DNA from: Phoronis australis
Taxonomy: Eukaryota > Animalia > Phoronida
Length of the DNA stretch: 64,000 nt
NCBI GenBank assembly: GCA_002633005.1
Contig: NMRA01000315.1
Span: forward strand, 34,855 to 98,854
Direction: 5' to 3'
Part shown: one piece after another, positions 37,058 to 51,150 of the stretch
Position numbering within the stretch: position 1 is the stretch's first letter
Layout: each line of letters starts with the position of its first letter
The notes under the pieces: generated by a model
The model's input: only the letters and a program-made list of their open reading frames with translations
What the model was told of the DNA's origin: nothing
Database searches by the model: none
Made by a program: the position numbers and the translations under genes

Positions 37058-39109
37058 CTTAACAGTCTTCTTGGAGAACGTGCAAGGTGATATGTTACGG
37101 CCTAGCAATGAAGCATGTCATATCAAGAATTCACTTGGTAATTTCTGCGAAAGTAGTGACACAGTCATTTGAACAGAAACAACAAAGGCTGCCGGAGAGA
37201 TAAAAATAATGCTTACCAAGGACAGTTCAATAACTTTCGGAAACACGGTAGTTCAATATTGTAACAGTTACTGTTTTTACATTAGTGCATCATCAAGGCA
37301 CATTCCTACGTGCTCGGCGACGTACATAGGGTGTAATGAGAATTAGGACCTAAAAATATAAAAACCAGTTACTCATACTTAAATGCAGCTGTGCAAAATA
37401 ACCCATAGAAAATATTTCTGACACAAAAAACTATTATTTTATAATTTCGTAAATTTGATTTGAATTATGCCCATCATCTATGGTACTCATGACTATAGGA
37501 TCACGGAGGGATTACCAAGAAATGACTGGAAATCAAAATTTAAAAAACGCGTTTACTTGGTATATATCTGAAATTTCTGAATAGAAATAAAGGATTTGAA
37601 TATTGAAAATACGATGCTTGGAACAGTGAAGCTCGTTTAATGAACTATACCTGCATAACGTAGTTCTCAGCAGACCACGCGAGCCCCACCTGGTGTGAAC
37701 TGACGTGCACGACCAATACTTCGGAAACGGAAAAGTTGAGTAACATTTCAAGTTAGTAGGGTTGGACTTCAGGCAATTCATTCTTGTCCCAGAGGTAACG
37801 AGGAAAACAAAATAAAAGTCAGTGATACTTAGAGAAAGATGTAAAAGTTACATAAAGTTTGGAAACTTGAAAACGCCCTCTACTGGGCAGGTGGCCGTCA
37901 GAAACCCGAAGAATTAAATATTGGATGAATAGGGGACTTAGATTATGAAATTTTGCTAACGATTTTTGCATCGATAGACGGTGAGTTTGGGAATACAATG
38001 TAAGCACAAGACTTGGTCATGTGGTATGAATTCAAAAACAGGAAAATCGTTGAGGACCAGTGGCAAAAGTTTCATTCAGAAATTATGAAAATGTTCAGGT
38101 GGTATGATGTCATTTGCGTTGCATCAGACGTGCCCAGGCCTCACGGTTGGGCTAATTGCAAAAACCACTTAAGCTACATGTAAAACACGACAGCCCCATC
38201 ATGATTATCGATCAACAGGTTCGCCGTGTAGGAAGTTTTCAAGTCTGCCTGTCTCCTTTAAGAAAACGGGCAGATTTGTCCATTTGTTGCCATGTATTGA
38301 TGTTGTAGACAAGATTAAAGAAATTATGAAACCTTCATAAGTGTATTTGATAACGGCGCTCCGCTCGTGATCATCAAGCATGACATAGTTCTCACTCCAA
38401 AAACGCAAGTGAAGTTTACTTCTAGTTCACATATTCGAATAAAAGAGGAGGTCAATTATCAATTTTAGCATGTTCAACGTCCGCTTAAGGATATTTTCAT
38501 GACAAAAATTGTCCGTTTTTGCAACATTCTACATAATGAGCAAAATACCTTATCTTCAATCTCGGACAACTTTAAATATGAAATACATACAGGGCTGCCG
38601 CTCAAATCGAATCTACCGCAATGCATGTGCAGTTCCGTATGTAACCACAATTCACAGACATTCATATTCATTGAACCGCCATAATATTGAGTCGACTAGG
38701 TGTACATAGCATAGAAAGAAGCCATGGAAAAAGAAGACAAAACGTAGTCTTAATCCTGAGGGAACTGTGCGTCGGTGTACATACGACCGTTGATGACGTA
38801 TAAGGAATGCACCGAGTCTCTCACGGCGTCTGCAGTGCCACTTTTTGTTTACACGAACGCATCTGACTCGATTTCTATTCTTCATTTCTTAGTTGGTTTC
38901 TTGATTTTGTCTCCCGCTTGGTTTACATGCTGTACATGTGTATACCACAACCGACTCACGTTAACTCCTCCTCTGACCCGAGTTTGACTCACGGCTTTAA
39001 TAACCGACTTAAAAAATTACAATATTTTAATAGTGATAATTGAGTTAATTACCCACTTGCAAATTTTGGCGAAATTACGATCGAGTGTTGAAATACGGAA
39101 CAAGGCATG

Positions 39110-39500
39110 TAAAGGTTATATTGGCCACCGAATAATTAAGAGAAAAACCTTGAGATTTTGACGACTCGGGATATGTTTTCACCTATTTCTCGGCCTCGGC
39201 AAATCGACTTAACTTTAGGAACACAAGTTCTCGAAAACGACTGACTTGGTGGTTTCACAGAAACTTTCAATTTTAATCTTTATTCATCAATCTCGACGAA
39301 TACGACTGCTAATTTTTTACAAAAATACCTTACGTTTTGCAAGTAAATTTGGCAAACTTAATCGAGAAATCGAAAACTCCTTACAACGTTTATGAGGTAA
39401 ATTGTGACGTTTTCATTGAAACAGGTTTTCATTAAAATCGACCGAATATTTATTATGCTATGAATGTATCTTTCTTAAAATTAAATTTTCAATTTAAATG
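39110..39500 (+). mobile_element. Dispersed repeat, similar to 57070-57530
   Basis: Shared ACCTTGAGATTTT, TCGGCAAATCG.CTTAA, TAGGAACA..AGTTCTCGAAAACG and CTTTCTTAAA. Confidence 0.7.
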
Positions 39501-39507
39501 TTGGTTG

Positions 39508-39665
39508 GTGACGTATAATAATGATGACGTATAGTAATGATGACGTATAATATTGATGACGTATAACATTGATGACGAATAATAAGGATGACGTATAATA
39601 ATGATGACGTATAATAATGTTGACGTATACTAATGATGGCGTATAGTAATGATGACGAATAATAT
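39508..39665 (+). repeat. ~16-bp tandem repeat TGACGTATAATAATGA, ~10 copies
   Basis: Direct degenerate array. Confidence 0.85.
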
Positions 39666-42600
39666 CGATAATAACACATAAACATAACACATATTTTGAT
39701 AACCCCTGATCTTTTCTTCTATCACAAAGTACACATTTCAACTAGGGAATATGAATGGGAATGGTGGTCACTAATTCAGGTTTGAGATAACCTAAATCAA
39801 ACATTTGTGTTTATTGTCACCGATTCGAAAAATGTACCATCTTTTGTCAATTAGTTTGGTGTGGTTAGTCCTGAAGACTGAGTCAAATCACACATTCGTA
39901 ATTGCAAATGTAGCGTAAAATATTCAACGTAGGCTGTGTACCTGGTTGTTATTTACTTGAATCAAAAACGTCAACTTTTATTGACCCACGGCAGGTGAGC
40001 ACGGATGTTGTGAATTGCCATTTCGGGTGAATACTTGTTACGCATCTTTCAAATTGTTTATACATGTAGTATTAGAGATTGACTAGCAGAGGTGAGCACT
40101 TGTTATTTCGCGATGCATGGCAATTAGATGTTTAATCAATCAAACTACCAGATGTACGGATGTTAAATAAAATATATCATGCGAATGGGGATGCTTGGGT
40201 ATTTTTTTGCCACTCAAGCTAGTGAAAAACCAACAAACCAGTGCTATGTTTCAAGGAAAGAAAGAATCAGCACAGGTAGTTAGTACTCAATGTTCATCGA
40301 CTTTTACTGTACTGCCTACTGTTAACTGATCTAAAGCCCCACTCGCAAGCTTATTCGAAAACCATTTTTTACAAAGTATTTTGGGATGGGACCGTTTGTT
40401 TTATTTTTAATACGATAAGAAAGCGTTCCTAATCACTCATCATAAAACCGAGGACCAAATATTGATTCCTTTTATGGAAAAACTCACCTCGGCTAACGTA
40501 GATTTATTTCCGTTTACAATTTCTACTTGTTCAAAGTAGCGCTGCGACGCCACCGACCTTCCCCCTTACGTTGTCAACTTTCCCGGTCGCCACTAACTCT
40601 TGACCCGGTCACCAGCAACTCTGCCTCCCGTCGACACCACAGGAATCTCTCTAGTCCCGGATCGAACGCTATGACCAATTGTTTCCCTAGTCGTCACAAA
40701 TTTTTCTTCTGTGATCGCCCAAATCCAATTACGGCTGACCTTTAGGTTCTAAAGATTCAGAACAGGTCGTCAAAATACAATGTGGATCGATTTTTTCTGT
40801 TATGGCACTGCCCTTTGTCAATCTAATGTCTCACAAAGAGCGCTTTTGGTAAACCATTACTTTGGCTCATAGTTTGCGGTAGAACCCTTTGTTTTAGTTT
40901 TATTTAATATACGGTAACATGGCGTTACTAATTATACATCATTAAACCATTGGCCAAGCATTAATTCACCGCGGCTGACTGGATTTATATCAGTTTGACG
41001 TTTTCTGTTTCCACCACTCTCACCCAGGAAGTCACCAACTATCTTCCCAATGACACGCCACGAACTCTCCTCCTGTGGCCAATTCCAGTTTGAATTCACA
41101 TTTACGAATTTGGACTAACGTCACGGTTCACTACGCTCTAAAAATGCAGGATACGAAATCACGAACAAGGCCACCTTTAAATCACGATCACGTACGTGTA
41201 CGACAAAAATGTTATTTCATAGGTCACGAAAAAAGCCTTCACTCTCGTATGGCTGAATATCGTTTAGTTTATTAAGCTAAATTATTGTGCCGTGAACTCT
41301 CATGGGAATTCCTAAAGTGGAGATAACAAAAATAGCGACTTATGTTGCTTTTCAGCATGTCAAGAGAAAAACGGAAAACTGCATGCGCGTGTGTCATTTT
41401 GCAATGAATTGCAGCGTCTGAGCGGAAATGCGCTTATATGCTCTTGCGCCAATATGCGAACTACTTGGGTGAGATTATTATTTGGATAAAAGACCTTTGG
41501 CATCCATACGCTAAACTGCTGTTTGCGAAAAGCGAGTAGATTTTTAATCAGGTGCGCCTACAATATGCGAATTAATGAATGGGCAATTGCAGAGGACATT
41601 ACCTAATCTTATATGCGAAGCTGAGGCGCATGCGCCAATATGCAAAACACTTTGAGAAAACAGAGGCAGCGAAGGAAATGATCATCTGGGATATCAAGGT
41701 CCAGGGGCCTAAAGGTGCGATAATACAGTAACTCGATAATCTAAAAGTTAATAAATAGAGACTCCTCTTGTTGACGTATGAACAGTTTGAGAGTACAAAC
41801 AAGTTCATCAGCATGGCGTTCGTCATTTGCTTGAATGCAGAAGTTTCTACAAGAAGGTCCCTCGCTTCATTCATGCTTAGTGAATCTCGAGTTCTCCATC
41901 TACCTTTGGTGTTGGAAATGATAGCAAACTGTGGTGAAATTGAGGTGCACCAGAGTGTATCCACAAAAACGCACTGGTGTCAATGAGTGAGTCTCAAAAC
42001 CATTTCCTGAAAGTTTACATTGATAAACATGTGGAAGAGCATGCTGCTTTTACCTTGACGTGATTGAATTTTTAGGTTTTAATTTTCGACCTGATCAGTC
42101 GATGTGTGAACTAGAAATAGGATATGTTTGCTATGTCGGCTAAATTAGACAGTGCCCGATATTAATTAGCTGTTTACTAAGTTCTTACTTCCATAGATCC
42201 TGTCGATGCATTTATTGCCGCAAATAAGAATGCGCAACGGAATGAATAGTATCCCGCTGTGAAACCTTTTCACGGAAGTGCGTGTTTCAAATGGTACAAA
42301 TTAGCAGACGTTCCTCCCAAAAATGTTCTTGTATGAGTTCACATGCCTTCCGATCTGCCTTCTGGTCGGACGATTAATCCGCCTTCTGAAAAAAAATCAC
42401 GCGTGAACGCACCAAAACCCAGACAGCCCAGTGTTCTTATTGCCAGACAAACCACATTCCAAAGATTTGATTTGTTTTAAGAATGGCAATTTGTAGTTGT
42501 AGTGTTAATGTTATTGTTAATACTCAAAAGACAGTAGGACGCCTTTTTGAACGGAACTTTTTCATGGTTGTGTCTTCTTTCAGTCTGTGGCCCCATCTGC

Positions 42601-43049
42601 GCTCTTTGCCGGAAAAACTCCATATCTAAACGCGGTATGATACAAGGATTAGATGTCATTTGATGCAGAATAGTTGTACGTCTGATTCATCGCTAGACAA
42701 AATCACACATTAAATCTCATAAGACGTCTAATCTTCATTCGCAACAATTGAGCCCAAAATGTTCGTTTTAAGGATCTCATCTGCCCTCTGGTAAGGTATG
42801 AAAATTCTCCATTTGAGCGCCGAATAAACTAAATAAAATGAAAAAAAAAACTATATTGAAAACAACGTCGCTGTGTTTCATCTTTTTCGATTTTACAATC
42901 AACGCATCACCTTTTCTCATATTAACGGTCATCTATTTACAACCCGGCCACCTGACGTGGTGGATACATGTATGGGACCTCAGTGCTGAAAAGGGTCATT
43001 TGAAATATATGTGGTTTGTAATTTTGTCCCATGGTTTGGTCTTTATGCT

Positions 43050-44000
43050 TGTATCTATTGCACAAGAACGAAGTATTGTGGCGGATGACTGAACTTACCT
43101 GGCTATAGTAAGACACGGTTGCAGTAAAACAGTCATTGCATACATGAGCTGCGAACTGACCCACTTGAAGGCCAATAAACTGAGCTCATAACTCATTGTT
43201 TGCCGCGGGCTTTAGAACAACGGCAACAATGTGCGAACGACTTATCGTCCTTGGTTCTAAGAGTCTCGAGCCAACAGCATTCGTGCTCGTGGCATGCCGA
43301 ACCACTCTAGAGACACCTGCAGCAAGAAATCTGAACTAACGCAACAAAGTAGTAAGTTTACGTACAATTTTCTCGCAGAATTCAAAATTACGGCGTTGCC
43401 GTCTAATTACCTTTAGCGGTGGCTATTTTGCTAATTTGGACCCACGCAGTAAAGTGCCATAATCAGAATAGCACGTCGGTTTAGCAAGCACTTGCACATG
43501 CGCTAGTCCAGGATAGACAACCATTGTAATAGTTGTTTACAAGGGTTTAGTTTTTCACGTTCTGTAATACGGATTGTCTTGATCAGGCCTATGTAACAGG
43601 AAGTCATTATCTGTTCACATATATACATTTATGCATTCAACGCAATTACCTGCAATGCTGGTAATGTATACATTAGCCGCGGCTTGACACGACAAACAGA
43701 TATCATAACAACCGGACAAAGAACGCATTTTTCAAAGTGGATGGCGTAAAGTGCCCTTAAAAAACATCATTGCCTTATGTCGAGCCACTGGCGAACTTGC
43801 AAGACTGGGAATTGACCTCGGGGGTCTTCGTTTTCATTTACATTTAATTGCCTGGCATCCTGATAGCAATGGGCACTGATGAGCTGCCCGCCATTGTTAC
43901 TGTGAGGTTTTCGGGCTGTCCTCATGCGCTTACATGTAGTTGTTCGCGAAGTGCCAGTATGCAAGAAGTTGCTCCCGGTCTGAGAACTGAAATTGCTTTA
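43050..44000 (-). mobile_element. Decayed Gypsy-type LTR retrotransposon integrase fragment
   Basis: Across frameshifts: GQPENL/HSNNGGQLIS.../KTKTPEVNSQS, resembling GxPxxLHSDNGxQF...KTRTTPYHPQSN. Downstream is QFIG(P)FKV, a GPY/F-like motif. Confidence 0.5.
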
Positions 44001-47000
44001 CATTACATCCTTTTTAAATTCCACTGTGCAAATTGTGTCTACGTAAAGCTGAGCTAAGACAGCCTACGCCTACAATTTTGTCCTGATCACAGTTTCGTAA
44101 AACAAATTAATTGAAATTACCTTGTTATTTCAATGTAGCATTTTTACACCAAACATAGTTTACATGTAATATATAGTCATGAAGTTAAAATTTTAAATTT
44201 CTCGTGTGCGCCAACAAAATGGCCGCCGAAGTTGAATGATACCAAACTTCACAATTTTACTTAGACAAATCGATAGACATGCAACTGACTAGCTACTGAA
44301 GACGGTTCTAATTTTAGTCATTGATAAACACATCCTGTGCCCTGACTAAACTGGTCAAAGGGAAAGGGTATTTAAAGGAAGTTTTATGTTACTTCGTTTG
44401 ATAACCTACCTGTCACATTTCATCATCACAACGCAGTATCGTAGTCAGAGGAAAGTAGGCGCCCCAAGCCCACCGCACCACCTTGAGCACTAAACGTAAC
44501 TTACGGTGCGTAGGCGCTACGTAAAAATGTCAAAAGGTGGTTGACTGCGCCTACATGCGCCTTCGCACCACTACAGCACCGATTGTAATATCTATGGGGT
44601 ACAGTATATGGACAAGTAAGAATATACAAACCAATTTAACCAATAATTGTGCTGTTTATTTAAATAGCTGAGAATGAAGTTTGAGCCGAAAACGAAAATT
44701 TACTATTGCGCCACTAGGCTCAGTACCAAAGAGGCACCTAAGTCACTGTATACGCACGCGAAGCGTAACCAAACTGAAAACACACCAAGATTGTTTCGTG
44801 ACATCAAACATGCAGAGCGTTTCGAAACCACGAGAGAACCCCCGGGTTACAGCCTCGGTTAGGTCTCACTCAGGCGAAGCATCGTCTTGCATTCCAAACG
44901 TCATTAAACTCAAACGTTTTTCCAATATCAAACTAGGTACATTAACTATGTGAGGCCAGAAGAAAGTTTATTTGTGTTTAACACGAGAAACCGTCATTCA
45001 GTTTGAATGTGAATGTAGTCGTGCGTACATGTAGGTTTATAACGCTGATCATCCCTGTCGGTCGAAAGACAGTTTCTGAGTGATGGATAGTGAACAACGA
45101 TGACATTGTCGGAAGCGTGAGTATTAGTCGCCACTATGTTTAATCGATTTCCTATGTTTTTTCTTTTAAAAAAACAAATTTAAATCATTAATTTCATCTT
45201 GAATTAAAGCATGCAATTGTTTGTCAATAATATATTTGCTTCATACGTTTATATGAACACGTGAACAGTTACATGCAAGCTGCTTGGAAATGTACCACGT
45301 ATACTTGCTATTTATTTCTTATTGAAATGAAAACTTGGTTCTGTTGGCTCTTTGATTGTGTGCAGATAAGTGCGCGTAGGACAAAGACACATGCCGTTTT
45401 GTAACTATCGTTGCACTGTGTATTGAAAAAGTAGACAATATTTTCCAACTTTCAGTGATATCTCAAATCTTTCTTCAGTGATGTCCAGTCACGATTCTAG
45501 GGACTTACATAATTGCGATTCAGAATGTGTATGCCATACTAAAAGAAGTATTTGTTTTATATTGGTAATGTCTTTGAATTTAACGTGGTAATGGGTCCTA
45601 AAATTGTGTTTAGTGACATAGGAATTCATGATGCCGAGGCCACAGCCGCGGTGCACATGTACTTGTATTATTATATTGACTTGCAAACGACAGGCACACT
45701 GCACAGCTCTTCCCTAGCCTTCAACAGCATGTCGCGTTGAACTCAAAACATTACAGTGAATGGGTACGTGAAAACCCTGTGCTAAGTTACAAGTTGACTA
45801 AATAGCCATTTTTTTCTTTAAAATGATGTGCATAAAAACTGCCACCGTCAGTTACAATGTGCAATCAAGTTTATGTTTTTCACAACGAAACAGGTCAAAG
45901 CCTAATTCGCATTAGAATCGTAGTGAGCGGCAACTGTTTTGGGGCATTGTAGTTAATGACTCAAGTTCTGAGCAGTAGAAAAAGTCGATAGGACGGCATG
46001 GAATGTTTTCAACAAATTAACACGATTCTTTAGGTCAGTCAAATAGAAACTCTGCTGATTGCATGAAAACTGAGTTACACGTGGATAGAATTAAGTCGTC
46101 AACATTTTGAAATACACAGCGTAATGTGATAAAGTTGAGTAGATTGGTGCCGTTGGCTATATTTTCCAATATGCATGGTATGACGCCTATGCTCAAGATT
46201 CCCTGCGGTGCTGTTTGCGCGAGAACTTTTTAATGATTCCGTTTAAAGTTGATACTGTGGTCAAAACATGTTCAATTGCAAATAGTCTAAGTCTTCGATA
46301 AAACAAGTTGTTAAACATTTGTGTGCATGTTTCAGAATTTTCGGAACCTAATTACCATTGGTTGTCTCGGTTGGGTCAGCACGTTTCAGATAACAAGTTG
46401 TCGTATTTTTAGAACGTTCGTTCTGTTCATTAAATTCATGGTTCTCGCAAGAATGACGTTTTATAAGCAGTGCCGATAGCAACTCCGACTGCGTTGCACT
46501 TGACCAATTAGGGTCATTAGTTGGTGCGAGTCGCTTTGTTGACTATTATTCCCAAAACGATATTGAACTCGCCCAACCGTCTCTATTATCACAAATTGGT
46601 TGTGTGTCATAGGTTTAATAGTTCACTAAACTTGTACAGCAAAAACGATTTCAACGGAAATCAATTCCCAATCGGAAGCTATCTGAAATAAAACGCAGTG
46701 AGCTTTTCCAGGATTTCTCAGCGACAGTTGTCAGATCACTAACCACGGGTTAAGTAACAGGCGGTGGAGTTTCCGATAGATAAATGCCGATCGAGACGTT
46801 AATAGCTAAGAGAGTAAGACAAGCGATGTGGATGGGGTTTTTGCTTATGTTCATAACTCTCTATGCTGATATTGTGTAAGCCAATATTTGTTTGCGTGAA
46901 CTGTACAGATTGTTTGTATAGGCGTATGCTTTAAATTTCAGTGCTGGTGTTCGTGTGTGCACTGACGTTGTTTCTCCTTGTTTGTTTTATATTTAAAAAC

Positions 47001-47166
47001 AGTAAATAAAGCATTGCCTTTTCGCATTGCCGTTTCCATGACGTCATTTCGACCCGCTGCTATTTCTCCGTGAAACACATATTTATTTCCTCGCAAAAAT
47101 GCAATTACGTTCACGGCACGCTTTCGCTGCTCAGTTGCAATTGCTATATTAAAGTCGGCAGATCCT

Positions 47167-47567
47167 GGAACTTGCACGGTAATTCCTTATATAGTGTTTG
47201 CTTAACCAAATTAGTTAGAAACAAAACACATGGCGGCGATGTGAATATGAAGTAGGTTGGAAATTGCCAAATGTTTTTAAGAACAAGTTTTGTGTCGAAA
47301 ATGATTCGCTGTAAATCACTGAACCGTGTCCAGTAAGTATCGTGACGTGGTGTTGGGGAATAAAAGTGCGTGATACGGGGTATGAGAGCCCAAAAGGTAC
47401 GTCATTAGTGCAAAGGTCACCTATTTCCAGAACTTTTTTGTTTTCACATTACAAGATGTCAGTGGATACAATCGCACTGTGTTTAGCACAGATGATGTTC
47501 AAATGACATTGTCGTTTAGTTCGTGCTATACATTAACATAGTTAGGAGCACACAGGTACATCTTTAA
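47167..47567 (+). mobile_element. Dispersed ~410-bp repeat, copy 2
   Basis: Shares GGAACTTGCAC, GCCAAATGTTTTTAAGAACA, GGTACGTCAT and GATGATGTTCAAA...CATTGTCGTTTAG with copy 1. Confidence 0.75.
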
Positions 47568-49904
47568 ATATTAAGCGGGTGGACAAAGAATACCCTTTCT
47601 TCCCTAATATTATTGAGGACGAGTAGGTGTACCATTTTGATTGCAATTTATACACTTAACGTACACTGTAGGAAGAGTGTAATGACATATATTATTGTAA
47701 GCGACCTCTTGTGTTCAAATTCATTAAGCTGATGGCAAAAATGATAATGTGAAGCTTTTAGACAAAATTTGTCAAACACACAGCAATTTTCACCATTAAT
47801 AATTGCCATCGATAGTCTTGAATGTGTGTTCCTTGCCTTTCAGCGTCGTCATGGTGAACCTACAGAAAAAGCTGTTTGTTTTTATTTGATTTTGAAAATG
47901 ACGATAATTGTGAATGGTTCCTTAACATTAAAGTAACTGTGGACCTTGTTTACCAGGTTGAACGTATGGGCAAATATCTTAAATTCTGTTACCTCTAACC
48001 CCTAAAGAAAGGTGAATACATTTCCCAACCAAATTTATTGGTCTTATTTACTTGTCTTACGTTTTGCACGAGATATGCGTTTTTAGTAAAAAATTGACTG
48101 TGAACAGAGGATTTCATAATCCTATCGGTCTTTTGTCAACGTGGGAACGGTGCCTCAGATTTTTCAAATAGGTTTGTGGTTATTTGTATTTTGTTCAGTT
48201 TCTGAGCTAGTGTGACAGCAAAGTTGATGAATTGCTTGCTTTTTGTTTTATAAAAAGACTCTTAACGCCACTAGTTTTCATTTTTTATAGTTAAGAGATC
48301 GAACCAAAAGATACGACACCAATTTCAAAACTCGTTTCAAAAACAGCTTACACTTCGATTATTCGTTGAGACTAACACCGTGCATAAAAAGACCTGTCGT
48401 GACAATCCTCGCAACTGGTCTCAAGCAATAATGAACAGCCAGTCCTTTCATAGCCTTAGAATCATCTCCTGTTTGACTGTTGGAACAGGCTGTGGCCAAC
48501 TTAGTAACGGTAGTTGGTCTACCTAAAAAATATTGCTTTGATAGCAGACCTATTTTTAACCGCTTTTAACGACCGATAGCAAATGCGCACTTGGATTTTT
48601 GAACTCACACAAAAAATCCAAAGAGTATGCCAAAATCTGTCACCGGCAGAGCTCAATATGGGTAGCCTGTCTGGCACTCGATTATCTCCTCTGGATTCCT
48701 CTTCCAGATACACGTAACAGTTGCTTGTGTATGTATAGTAAGAATTTCGCGTTCTTGGGAGCCATTACAACGATGAAGCACCCTGATTAAATATCTTATA
48801 TAAATTATCAATGGTCGGCTCCGTGGAGCAAATAAATCATCTTACAACTATAGAAATTTTCACAAATAAGACATTTGCGATGACATTAGTGACGAAGGCC
48901 CCTTAGGTGCCACAAAGGAATCAGATGACGTTGTTGGCCCAATTGTTAGAAAATACCTCAGGCTATGTTGATCCGCAGTGTCATCTTTTCTTGAAAATCG
49001 ATATATTTTGTTTGTTGCACGTGTGAACAAATTAGCTTTTAAAGTGACTCTATCTGCGAGAAAAATCTTTTTCTGAGATCGAGCCTGAAATTTGCATGGC
49101 AGCTGAGCTTAATCCTATTTAGTAGATGTTAGTGTATTTTAAGCGCATTTATAGTTATATGGGACCCTATAGAAAAATGCTCAAATTTTGCTAACTTTGG
49201 AACTTCCTATCTCAGAATTTACACAACGGATCAAAGTGAAAGTTTCAGATACTAAATTTTATACACTATTCGCCAAAACACTTTGAAGTATAATTTGTTT
49301 GTTAAATGATTCACTTTTACACCTGGTATTATCAAAAATAGGACTATGTTGGCTTTGATGAAAAATTCGAAACTTTGCATGAAACGAAAACGAAATGAAA
49401 AGTTGAAAAGTTGTGACATCATTTTCGAGATTTCAACTTGAGCGTTTCGATCAAACGAAATTTGGCATGTTGTTGATACTGTTATTTTGGTATGGATGCG
49501 CCTTTCCTTTTGCTAAATTTTACTAGTGAGTAAGACATAGTCACGTGACTCAGTTAATTGGACGTTGGTATAAGGTCAAACATCAAGTTCTCAGTCTCTC
49601 TACGTTTAGGAAATACATGATTTTGCTGAGTCATCTATAGTTATGTAGATATTGGCTAAATACGCAGAGTAGTCAAAATGTCTGGGATAACCTTAACTGG
49701 CTAAGTTACTGGCCTTGACTTCAGCGAAAGTCTGGCAGACAGTGGCGAGAATTGACGACCTGTAATAAGATAAAATATCCTACGGGTTTTATTGTTTTTA
49801 TATCTCTAATCAAAGCAAATAATCTTATTCAATGATGATCAAAAATGCGTTTATCAGTCTGTCTCAAAATGTTATATTTTTGCACGCAAAATTCATACAT
49901 GACT

Positions 49905-50875
49905 CATAGGCAGATTTAGGGGGGGCAGGGCCCCCCCCCCTTGGCTGCCGCAAAAAAATAAAACAGCAAGAGCGTAGGGAAATGTTGAGTTTATTAATTT
50001 GCCCAGATAATTAAAATTATACGGATGAAAAAAGATTTAAATGTGTGCAGTTTTAGTGTTTGGGGGGGGGGGCTCAAATCCAATTTCAAGTGTCAAATTC
50101 GGAACACGGCGCATTCGTAACGGAACTATGGCTAAGTATAGGCTCTCCCGCGATATCCCAGGCGACCGGTAGTGGCGCTGCGCACTACGACTCCGTTTCC
50201 GTCGTCTGCTCCACTGTGCAATGAAGAAAATTTACTTCATTTTTTAAAGAAAATGGAACCTGAGTGACGATGAAAAAACAGAAGCTGCTGGTAAGATGTG
50301 AATTTTATTCTAAGCCTTAGTGAATCACTCAGAAACTCATTAATTCTCTCTTTGTCAAACCTTAACTTAAGACGATTTCCAAAGCAATCCCGTCATTATT
50401 GCCAACACGAAAAACGGATTTGGTCTTTTGGGCATTTGATGACTATTTTAAATACAAAAAAATTTGTTAAGAACCGATTGCACAAAATATAAAACGTGTA
50501 ATAATCATTACAAAAAGAAGTAGGTTTCGCGCGCAAACGCTGTGGACCATAAACAAGTAGGTCTTTTAGTGTTAGGTTAGTGGTGGTGTAGTGGTAAAGC
50601 ACGCGCGTCCTATCAGCCAGGTCGTGAGTTCGAATCTGTGAACTCGCAGTTTTTTCTGTGTGACACGTTCCCGTTGTTGTTTTTTTTTTGGCTTTTTTTG
50701 GATAATACTTCAGAAATCAAGGAAAATGCTTGATTTTTAGAGGAAAAAACAGAAAATCCCCCTCCCGACCTCCCCCCATTCGGTGCTATGTGCATATACA
50801 ATCGTGGTTTGCGCAAATGCTTACGGCCGGACAAAATGTTGGGCCCCCCTTTGTGATATCCTAGATCCGCAACTG
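49905..50875. mobile_element. ~970-bp non-autonomous DNA transposon with a 5-bp TSD, containing a tRNA-like segment
   Basis: Ends CATAGGCAGATTTAG / CTAGATCCGCAACTG; TGACT duplicated on both flanks. Confidence 0.8.
50578..50650 (+). mobile_element. tRNA-derived SINE head or pseudo-tRNA
   Basis: A-box TGGTGTAGTGG and B-box GAGTTCGAATC at tRNA-like spacing; acceptor stem not intact. Confidence 0.55.
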
Positions 50876-51019
50876 TGACTCCTGAGCTGCTGAACGTACC
50901 TGAGTATTCTACATGCATTGTATCGATAATTTAAACTCCTGCTTCATTGTAAAACTGGCATGATTTCAACGACTACTGTCCAATTCCAAAAAAACTTCAT
51001 AGTAATATACATGACATTG

Positions 51020-51150
51020 GCACTTGAGATCAACCGGGCGGTAGAAGCAAGAACTTTGCAACTAAGTCCAGTGCTTTGTATGTGCGTGGTGAAGTCTCGC
51101 GAAGATTGCATGCTCTAGGCCCTACGTTTTCGCGAGTGCATTGCAGTTTT
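51020..51150 (+). repeat. Dispersed ~130-bp repeat; second copy at ~57862-57985
   Basis: Both copies contain GCACTTGA..CAACCGGGC...TTGCAACTAA..CCAGTGCTTT...TGGTGAAGTCTCGCGAAG. Confidence 0.75.

Noticed and set aside
41599-41986. Overlapping 121-aa and 72-aa ORFs
   Set aside because: No recognisable motifs. Flanked by ATATGCG-type repeats, suggesting decayed transposon DNA.
50578-50650. Functional tRNA gene
   Set aside because: A and B boxes are present but the acceptor and anticodon stems do not pair, and it lies inside a transposon.
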